From Candidatus Woesearchaeota archaeon (lineage in GTDB: Archaea > Nanobdellota > Nanobdellia > Woesearchaeales > SKGA01): 49,951 nucleotides of DNA. Each line of letters opens with the position of its first letter. Within the stretch, counting starts at the first letter, position 1. Position numbers and translations under genes: made by a program. The notes under the pieces are model-generated. The model was not told the origin of the DNA and searched no databases. It saw nothing but the letters and a program-made list of their open reading frames with translations. The DNA lies in the NCBI GenBank assembly GCA_007117735.1, contig SKGA01000028.1:1-49951 (forward strand), read 5' to 3'. This document shows positions 42,804 to 49,951 of the stretch, in pieces.

Positions 42804-45800
42804 TTAGGGAATGAAAAAAATAGTTGGTTCTTCAAACACAATATTTCTTACTTTTGGATTAATTTGTAACCAGTCTCCTTGATTTCCTCCCCGATCAACA
42901 GCTCTAAAATAAAGATGACTTCTCGCGTGTGTTTCTACAGATAGCAATAAATCTACCTCTGAAGAAGTAGTTCTTGAAACTCCTCCTTGACAATGAGTAA
43001 GAGGATCAAACGTTGCAAGATCAACCGCTGGTCCAAAGCAGTACTCTATCTCTTGACAACCAAACTGTTGAATGGGAATTTGCGAATCAAAATCATCACA
43101 GACTAAACGTAGTTCTCGTTCGAGTACCCAATCAAACAGCGTTGGGAAATAAGGAGTAAATGGTTCTTGTAATGTATCTCGTGCAAGTACTGAAACAGTT
43201 GGCGCGAGTCTATCAATCGTGAAGGTTGCATAATCTCCTGGTTCTTGCTCAGTAATTTCATTAGAGAATTCGCATGAGAAATAGAAAATATAAGGTCTGC
43301 TTTCTTGTGCTTGAATCCCTAATGATGAAGGAAATGAATCTAGACGATGAATATGTGTCGTTCCTCCTGTTTGAGAAAAGGTTCCTCTTGCTTGTGCATG
43401 AGGTCTTTGTTCTGTATCAAACTTACACGTAGCATCATTTACTGTTTGTAATTCTAAAACAACGCTAGAGAGATTTCGATACACTCCTCCTCGTGGAAGA
43501 ATATTAAAGATTGAAGGATTTGCTTCTATAGTAATATCTTCTTGGTATACAAGATCATTCCCAAAATCATCATAACAAGTGAGATTAAAATAATAATAGC
43601 CATCTTGTAAAAATAAGTAGGTGGCGTTAAAGTCTGTTCCAAAGGAAGCAACGTGTTGTCCTCCAATAACTTGTCCTGTTAAATGATCATGTAATCTTCC
43701 TTCACAGAATGAAGACTTGTCTATTTCAAAAGAGACGGTGAGGTTTGTTCGATAGATTCGAGGAGCAACATCAAAAGAATCTTCTTTCGTTTCAAATGAG
43801 ACCAATTCAGGACTCGTTTTATCTATAAAAATAAAACTATGATTAACTACTTCTAAATTTCTAGCTGGATCCATTGAATAATAGAGTAATACATATTCTT
43901 GACTATCATCTGAAAGGTTAGTATATCCATCTCCTCCCGGTAAATAATCATCTAAAGTATAAACAGGGTATGTCGGACAACCTTGATCTAAACAAGCGAG
44001 AGCTACAGATGAGTCAGTAGTGCAATCATCACAATCATCTGGCATATAACATTGTATTTGTGCACAGCTTGCGGGCGCAAGTGCTACATAAGTTAAAAGT
44101 CGTTCACTTTCCCAGGTTGAGTCTTCTACTGTGAAAAGGATTTCTGATAATTGGCTTTTTCCATATACGGGCAAATAAGAACCATCTGTTCGTTGATATC
44201 GAGTTTCTTGAACTGGTGAACGTAGTTGTAAAGTTGTTTCCGGAGCTTCATTATCTAAAATACAATCAAGTCGTTCTGAATTTCGAACTCCTGTACTTAA
44301 CGATCCTGTTCCTCGTTCAAAGCAATCGTCATAAAAAGGATTTATTGAAGAGACATATCCATCACGATTACTAAAGCAACCTTGAACACCTCCTTGATCA
44401 ACCCATTGACAAGTTCCTCTCCCAAAAAGATCATTACTTAACTGCCTTGGTTCATTTGTTCCAGCAATTCGTTGATTTCCGTCGTAAAAAACATTTATTT
44501 CAAACGCTTGATTATTCGTTCCTACACATTGTTCTTCAGTTTCATAAAAGAAACAACCAATAGTTTCTTGTGCTAAACATGCTGGAAGGAAAGGATCAGA
44601 GTGTCGAACAGGAAGAGAGATATCTGCGTTTCTAAAAACGGTTTGTTCTACTCTAGGAGGTGAAGCTGATTGATTGTGGTTTTGTGTTTCTTTAAAGAAA
44701 CAATCACCGTATAATCCGCAAAAATTTTCGTTACAAGTTCCAATCGGACTATCCGTATCACAAAGTGTACAATTTTGATCTTGTACCTCTACTGGTTGAC
44801 AAACTCCAAGACCTAATTCATCACTATAACTTTGCCAAGAACAACCATTTACTGCTTGATTATCATCTAAATCAGTAAACCTAAAACAAGGGTCTTGAGA
44901 ACAAGCTCCTTCTGTCTGATAATCATAACAACTTCGTACTTCATCACAAGAATCATACGTTTCAAAAAATCCTCCTCTCATATCTAAATAACAAAGACCA
45001 ATTTGTGAACCTTCTGGTTCTGGTGTTGCGAGAGGTTGGCTAGGGTCATATTCAAAATCTTCACAAAATAAAAGGGTTGAACCTGTCGAAAAAGACATTT
45101 GTACTTCAAAATTGTAAGGTGAGAATTGGTCAAATAACCCGTTACATAACTCACAAGGTCCTGATTGTACACAAGCAGCTCCTGTTGCTAAAGGATTGTT
45201 TGGTTGAAATGGCGTGTGAACACAGGTTTCACTTGCAGAACAAAATTCTACTGTTTGAAACGTGTTATTCGTATACACGTTATCTCGAATAGTTTCCACA
45301 TAACATCCTGTCGGACTTTCTCCGCCAAAAGAATCCGTTGCACAAATTAAACCAAAAGCTCGTGGTTGATGGCAATACAAATCCCCTGAATTAAAACAAG
45401 GAAGGGTTCCATCCGCATCTACCGCACAGTGTTCTTGACCATCCGCGGTCAAAGTACAAACATTGTAACAATAGTTAGTATTCTCTTGAAGTGCTGAAGC
45501 GAATATTGCTTCCTGTAACGTCTGTTGAACAATTTTTGAATTTTTTGTCCCCTGTGCGCAAGTATTCGGACTTACCCCGCTTTCTTCACACATAATAATA
45601 CGATGACCAACAATATTTTGTTGACAAGATGCTGAAAGATTAGTTCTCCATCGCAATTTTACATCGCTTGTACCTTGGGTATAATATACCCCTGTTGGAA
45701 ATTCTAAATTAGCATAAGAATCAAGAATGTTTCGAGTGTTTTGTCGTTGAGAATCAGTAAATTCATCTAAGAAAGAAGGTGCTTGTTCATCACAAGTATT

Positions 45801-47000
45801 TTGACATAAGGGACTATTTTGACAACTTGGACACGTATCACATTTTGCGACATCATCACAAACCGCGCAAAAATCTTGACATTGCGAATAATCAAAACCA
45901 CAATCAGCAGTACAACCTAAATTACCTCCAGTTAACCCAACTGTTGAACACGCGGGCGCATCTGTTGAAATCGTTCCGTCAGGAAAATGTCGATAATAAG
46001 TGATTCCCGTATCTCTATCAATATCGCATTGTTCAAAACCAGTTACTTCCCCATCACCACAAAGACTCCCTAATTGAGTAGAAGTAGGACAATCAAAATC
46101 TTGACCTTCAGGATCGGGAGTGTTTTGAGTAAGTACAGAGATAGGTCGATCTGTTAAAATACCGCAAGCATTTTGATCAGTTACTGTTCGAAGTTTTACA
46201 TATTCAGTTCCATAAGGAACACATTGACCCCAAGGACCCACATCCCAATCAGGAACACAAGGAGAAGTTATTTCCTGACAATCAAGAACAAAATCAATAG
46301 TTTTTGTTGTGTAAGGTCCTGAAAATTGTTGAGAAATTGTTTGTGGTTGACAGTCAAGAAAAACAGCGTCACCATTTCGAGTAATTTGATAATTTTGCGG
46401 GGCTGTCGCGCTAAATTGGTTAAGAGCATTATCAACTCCAGGAATATCTCCTAAATTATAATGTCCTGTACCATTTGTTGTTGCAGAAATAAACAAGCCA
46501 TTTTCTGCTTGCACCGTAATTCCTGGTAAAGGAATTCCTGAAGCATTATTCATTCGTACAGTCCCAATAACTTCATGCATAATAGTTGGTTGCGCACTAG
46601 GATCACAATCACAAACGCCGTTTGTGGGCGCTACAGGAGTATAAGCACCTCCTTGAACAGTCTCACAGTAAGATTTTTGAATTTCTGAAGGTAATAAATT
46701 AACAGATGAAGCTCCAAAGTCCAACACATTACCAAAACCATCACAACAACAAGCCGTTTCAGTAACATCAGGTAAAATATTCCCGGAAGCGTCAAGACAA
46801 TTGTCGACAAAAACAGAGTTAGGATTCCAAGCTACACAGTCAGCAGCACTGGGAGAAGAGGATGAAGGTATATAAACACCCGTTCCAGGTAGAGAAGGGT
46901 TTGCGTAAGGCATAACGCAACAAGCTTGAGAATTAGCTTGCACTAATGGAAGAAACAGTAATACTGCAATGAATAAAAATAAATACGCTTTCACAACCAA
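42804..47000 (-). CDS. Giant secreted cysteine-rich surface protein (about 1396-1398 aa) with no C-terminal anchor
   Basis: Signal YLFLFIAVLLFLPLVQANS. Several dozen Cys; I counted 29 in the first roughly 410 aa. CarboxypepD_reg-like segment VIGTVRMNNASGIPLPGITVQAENG...TNGTGHYNLGDIPG. TSP1-like CVPDWDVGPWGQCVPYGTEYVKLRTVTDQNACG at nt 46161-46259. CGDGEVTGFEQCD Cys-rich repeat. C-x2-Y-x5-C-x4-C module at nt about 44830-44935. The likely start is GTG at 46994 (AGGGTG plus a 7-nt spacer) rather than TTG at 47000. Confidence 0.8.
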   Translation of the reverse strand: MVVKAYLFLFIAVLLFLPLVQANSQACCVMPYANPSLPGTGVYIPSSSSPSAADCVAWNPNSVFVDNCLDASGNILPDVTETACCCDGFGNVLDFGASSVNLLPSEIQKSYCETVQGGAYTPVAPTNGVCDCDPSAQPTIMHEVIGTVRMNNASGIPLPGITVQAENGLFISATTNGTGHYNLGDIPGVDNALNQFSATAPQNYQITRNGDAVFLDCQPQTISQQFSGPYTTKTIDFVLDCQEITSPCVPDWDVGPWGQCVPYGTEYVKLRTVTDQNACGILTDRPISVLTQNTPDPEGQDFDCPTSTQLGSLCGDGEVTGFEQCDIDRDTGITYYRHFPDGTISTDAPACSTVGLTGGNLGCTADCGFDYSQCQDFCAVCDDVAKCDTCPSCQNSPLCQNTCDEQAPSFLDEFTDSQRQNTRNILDSYANLEFPTGVYYTQGTSDVKLRWRTNLSASCQQNIVGHRIIMCEESGVSPNTCAQGTKNSKIVQQTLQEAIFASALQENTNYCYNVCTLTADGQEHCAVDADGTLPCFNSGDLYCHQPRAFGLICATDSFGGESPTGCYVETIRDNVYTNNTFQTVEFCSASETCVHTPFQPNNPLATGAACVQSGPCELCNGLFDQFSPYNFEVQMSFSTGSTLLFCEDFEYDPSQPLATPEPEGSQIGLCYLDMRGGFFETYDSCDEVRSCYDYQTEGACSQDPCFRFTDLDDNQAVNGCSWQSYSDELGLGVCQPVEVQDQNCTLCDTDSPIGTCNENFCGLYGDCFFKETQNHNQSASPPRVEQTVFRNADISLPVRHSDPFLPACLAQETIGCFFYETEEQCVGTNNQAFEINVFYDGNQRIAGTNEPRQLSNDLFGRGTCQWVDQGGVQGCFSNRDGYVSSINPFYDDCFERGTGSLSTGVRNSERLDCILDNEAPETTLQLRSPVQETRYQRTDGSYLPVYGKSQLSEILFTVEDSTWESERLLTYVALAPASCAQIQCYMPDDCDDCTTDSSVALACLDQGCPTYPVYTLDDYLPGGDGYTNLSDDSQEYVLLYYSMDPARNLEVVNHSFIFIDKTSPELVSFETKEDSFDVAPRIYRTNLTVSFEIDKSSFCEGRLHDHLTGQVIGGQHVASFGTDFNATYLFLQDGYYYFNLTCYDDFGNDLVYQEDITIEANPSIFNILPRGGVYRNLSSVVLELQTVNDATCKFDTEQRPHAQARGTFSQTGGTTHIHRLDSFPSSLGIQAQESRPYIFYFSCEFSNEITEQEPGDYATFTIDRLAPTVSVLARDTLQEPFTPYFPTLFDWVLERELRLVCDDFDSQIPIQQFGCQEIEYCFGPAVDLATFDPLTHCQGGVSRTTSSEVDLLLSVETHARSHLYFRAVDRGGNQGDWLQINPKVRNIVFEEPTIFFIP

Positions 47001-47077
47001 ACACCCTTATATACCATTCTTCAAAAAATAGTCATATATAAATGTTATGGGAAGAAGAAGATCTCTAACTATAAAAA

Positions 47078-49951
47078 TCATGTCCAACTCCCTGACGCTT
47101 GACAGGTGAAACCACATTCTTGAGCGTTTAATGGGCGGGAAAGAACAGGTGATGAAACACTGGTAGGATTATTTCCTTGACAGAAATGAAGTTGTCCGTC
47201 ACAACTAAGCATTCGTGGTTGTAATTGAGAACCAACTGTTGAAAATCTTGTACCTGAAGACCTTACAGTTCCTTGATAACAAGTCGCTTCCCCTAAAAGA
47301 GGGTTCTGAGCAGTAATAGTTCTTTGACCAGTACAACACATCGCGTTAGGATTTTGTCCTGTTGCCTGAAAACCTTGAGACTGATCGAAGAAAGGAACTG
47401 AGGTTCCTGGGAAGTCATCATAAGACACAAAAGAAGGATCTAAGGATGATTTTGTTTGACAATAACATGCTTCTCGTGAAGTTAATGTCGGTGTTATTTG
47501 ACAATTTTCAGTACAAGCTGCCGTTCCTTGACAAAGAAAACCCACTTCTCCTTGCGGAGTTACAAAATCGCTAGCAAGTAATCCTTGGCAAGTTGAATCT
47601 CCTTGCGTACACATACAAAGATCAAGATTATGATATGCACAATCACCTTCACCATCACAGGTTGCTTGACACGTAAATACTTCTGTAGGAAGGGTTTGTT
47701 GGACATTCCCATAATTCATTTCTACAAATTGATTTGCTGAGGTTATTAATTGAGCAGTAGCCTCCGGGGCGCAGTAGCCTTGATTAATTTCTGCGGCATT
47801 CGGATGTAGAGTGAGTTGTTGTGAAGAAAGCACTTGTTGTTCAAAAGATGTACCTTCATAATATATACAAACAAGATCCCTCGAATCTAAGGATAATGGG
47901 GAAGTTCCTAGATTTGTTCCTGCATGTACAGTTGTAAAAGGAATGGTCTGTTGAAAGATTGATTCATATCCTGGTCCTGAACAGGTTGCAAATTGCCAAG
48001 CGCTAGCCCCACTAAAACTTGTCGGTGTCGCATCACACGCTAGTTCCGTAAACCAGGTCGTTGCCAATCTCCCTCCACAAACGTTTCCTCGCTCTCCTGA
48101 ACAATATTGATTATGAGTAACTCTAAACACGTTATTAATAGATGGTTGTTGTAGATTAAAAGGATTTAATCCTCCAAAGACATCTTGAATAAAAGTTCCA
48201 CCACCAAATTGTTCTTCATAGGTTTGTTGAGTAACAGGGCCAATAGTTCCGTTTACGTATTCAAGCACTGCTCGATCAAGAAAAAGAAACGATCCTGTTG
48301 TTGCAGGGTGAAGTGCAAACACTTCTTCAGAAAAATCATTTGTTGTAAAACAAAGTTCTGCTGCACTTCGAAACGATCCTCCTGTCAATGGTTGGATAGT
48401 ACGATCTAGAGGTTCACAACAACTATGAGGAGGGTTTCCTTGCCAGTACGAGGATAATTGTATGTTTGAGTTAACACCAGCAGGATAATCAGTACTTGTC
48501 CCTAACGAAGTATTAAATTGATGAGGGAGACACTCTGCTACAAAAACTTCTGCAACATCTGGTTGACTGAATATCATTGAAGAAGAGGATTGGTTTTGTC
48601 CGACAATAAGTTCAATTTCGTGTCTTGTGGGATTGTTAACTAAATTATCTCGTTGAAAATAGTCAAAAACAATAGTGCTTATTGTTGAATCGTTTCCGAG
48701 AATATGAACAGGGTTTAATTGTGTGATAAAAAATCCTTCAAGAATATCTAGAAAAATAAACTGAGAAAGAGTTGTTCCTAATAATCTACTTGCAGTGCTG
48801 TTCGTCGCGTCAAGAATATATTTATCTTCAATACTTGCATACCTATTATCAATATCTGGAAATTCATTTCTTGTTTCTAAAACTGCTAACGGCAGATCAA
48901 AAACTAAGAATCGAACAATTTGAAAATCTTTTGCTCCGTGTTCATCTTCAACAACAACAGTTATTTCTCGAAAGCCAATATCTGATTCGTTGGTTTGAAA
49001 TTCAGCAATTCTTTTTGTATCTCGAAAGGCTTGGCTTGATGTTAGGATGTTTGTTACCATATAATCTCGTTCTAAACATTGTTGATGATTTTCTAAAGTA
49101 CAACCTCCCATATCATCACAACAAGCCAAATTAAGATATTCATCATAATCTTCTTTCCATCCAAAAAAAGCGTAGGTAATAGTATCTTCATCCGGATCAA
49201 CTGCAAAAGGCTCTAATCGGACAGTGTCGTTAGTATAAACTAAAATATCTATAGGTATATCATTAAAGAAGTTAGTATTCCCGTCAGTAATGTAATCGAG
49301 AATTGGTTTTCGTTGTTTACTTGCGACAATAAATCGAAAAGGATCTCCTTGTAAGAGAGAACTTTCATCTTGAAAAATCAAGACGTCATCGGCAAGATTT
49401 TGTACCTGTGTACAATTTGCACAAGCGCTCCGCACCCGTTCTACTGAAAGAATAGGTTGAAATCCTGCAGTCGTAGAGTAATCTCTAGAAATAACGAAAA
49501 AAGGATCCCGAAGTGATCGGAAAATTGTTTCAAAAGCGAAATTGTATAATCGTTTGATATTAATATCTGTTCGTGATTGAAAATCAACAGTTCTTGCAAT
49601 ACTTCGAGAACCATCTACCGTGATATCAAAAGGAAATTCTGCTCGAGTAATAATTCCTCGTGGTGATTGAAACGTTGAAACAACGTGAACGTTTTCTTCT
49701 TGTAAAGAAATATCAAACGCGACTAACTCTTCTGTAAATAAAGAAAAATTAACACAAGAGCTCAATTGATTTTGAACAAAACTTTCAAGCTGTCGCTGTA
49801 TAGCGTAGGGTTCTCGAGGAGTGTCATATTGGTGTGCTGCACAACTAAAGATCCCTTCATCAAGGTTGAATGCGTTTGAACCATTATATGAGCAGAGTTT
49901 TGGAAACTCATTCGCTCCTAAATAACCACTCATCGTACTTACTCGTTCACC
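47078..49951 (-). CDS. Giant cysteine-rich surface protein, 5'-truncated by the window edge (more than 957 aa)
   Basis: The reading frame stays open from the track Met (49933) to the last base of the window (GGT GAA CGA GTA AGT ACG ATG). MSGYLGANEF... has no signal peptide, so the true N-terminus probably lies outside the window. VDPDEDTITYAF is an Ig/cadherin-like motif. The C-terminal third is very Cys-rich. Confidence 0.7.
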   Translation of the reverse strand, partial: GERVSTMSGYLGANEFPKLCSYNGSNAFNLDEGIFSCAAHQYDTPREPYAIQRQLESFVQNQLSSCVNFSLFTEELVAFDISLQEENVHVVSTFQSPRGIITRAEFPFDITVDGSRSIARTVDFQSRTDINIKRLYNFAFETIFRSLRDPFFVISRDYSTTAGFQPILSVERVRSACANCTQVQNLADDVLIFQDESSLLQGDPFRFIVASKQRKPILDYITDGNTNFFNDIPIDILVYTNDTVRLEPFAVDPDEDTITYAFFGWKEDYDEYLNLACCDDMGGCTLENHQQCLERDYMVTNILTSSQAFRDTKRIAEFQTNESDIGFREITVVVEDEHGAKDFQIVRFLVFDLPLAVLETRNEFPDIDNRYASIEDKYILDATNSTASRLLGTTLSQFIFLDILEGFFITQLNPVHILGNDSTISTIVFDYFQRDNLVNNPTRHEIELIVGQNQSSSSMIFSQPDVAEVFVAECLPHQFNTSLGTSTDYPAGVNSNIQLSSYWQGNPPHSCCEPLDRTIQPLTGGSFRSAAELCFTTNDFSEEVFALHPATTGSFLFLDRAVLEYVNGTIGPVTQQTYEEQFGGGTFIQDVFGGLNPFNLQQPSINNVFRVTHNQYCSGERGNVCGGRLATTWFTELACDATPTSFSGASAWQFATCSGPGYESIFQQTIPFTTVHAGTNLGTSPLSLDSRDLVCIYYEGTSFEQQVLSSQQLTLHPNAAEINQGYCAPEATAQLITSANQFVEMNYGNVQQTLPTEVFTCQATCDGEGDCAYHNLDLCMCTQGDSTCQGLLASDFVTPQGEVGFLCQGTAACTENCQITPTLTSREACYCQTKSSLDPSFVSYDDFPGTSVPFFDQSQGFQATGQNPNAMCCTGQRTITAQNPLLGEATCYQGTVRSSGTRFSTVGSQLQPRMLSCDGQLHFCQGNNPTSVSSPVLSRPLNAQECGFTCQASGSWT

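Noticed and set aside
1-49951. CRISPR arrays, tRNA/rRNA genes, IS elements, integrases, prophage modules
   Set aside because: I scanned the intergenic regions and repeats by eye. The only exact repeats found are the 30-nt intragenic pair (38721/38871) and the 17-nt gene heads of the MKRAQ paralogues. I saw no spacer-repeat periodicity, no cloverleaf candidates in the short intergenic gaps, and no transposase or integrase motifs. A tRNAscan/Infernal run would be the definitive check.
1-49951. Alternative reading that the contig is from a CPR/Patescibacteria bacterium (suggested by bacterial-type AspRS, Tgt, murein hydrolase domains and low GC)
   Set aside because: NAC-alpha, Sec61-beta, the zinc-finger RPA, Mre11, Trm11, the DhnA-type aldolase and TATA-box-like promoters close to start codons are archaeal hallmarks. 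The bacterial-type genes are better explained as acquisitions.

Overview
Low-GC window (about one third GC by eye) that reads as a small-genome, DPANN-like archaeon. The archaeal markers are NAC-alpha with a UBA tail, a 50-aa Sec61-beta/SecG, an OB-fold/zinc-finger RPA, Mre11, a Trm11-type methyltransferase and an RNase P RNA. TATA-like boxes sit 20-35 nt upstream of several start codons. The window has two parts.

(1) 1-24.4 kb is housekeeping and central metabolism: translin-like protein, cyclophilin, bacterial-type AspRS, GH13 branching-enzyme-like protein, YbaK-type deacylase, AsnRS, SDR, bacterial-type Tgt, class I aldolase, PfkB kinase, RNase P RNA, an ABC-2 transporter pair and RPA.

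(2) 24.4-49.95 kb is one uninterrupted minus-strand array of about 20 tightly packed, often 4-nt-overlapping genes. It runs off the window edge. Every product is predicted to be secreted or membrane-anchored.
- Three giant (more than 950 to 1428 aa), very cysteine-rich, beta-sandwich-repeat surface proteins.
- About 15 proteins whose N-termini look like class III (type IV prepilin-like) signals, i.e. basic residues, then G/A, then a hydrophobic helix. Four are consecutive M[KS][RK]AQ paralogues and one is a tiny six-cysteine defensin-like protein.
- At the distal end, a 1221-aa pilin-like-anchored protein with peptidoglycan-directed modules: an SLT-like lytic transglycosylase motif, a C-terminal M15/VanY-type D-Ala-D-Ala peptidase domain, and possibly a papain-like module.

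An archaeon has no murein. I therefore interpret this locus as a candidate, apparently uncharacterised, pilus-like cell-surface attachment and cell-wall-breaching apparatus aimed at bacterial partners or prey. No assembly ATPase, platform protein or prepilin peptidase lies in the window.

No CRISPR array, tRNA, rRNA, transposase or integrase was recognised. All domain calls are by-eye motif matches and need HMM or structure confirmation.
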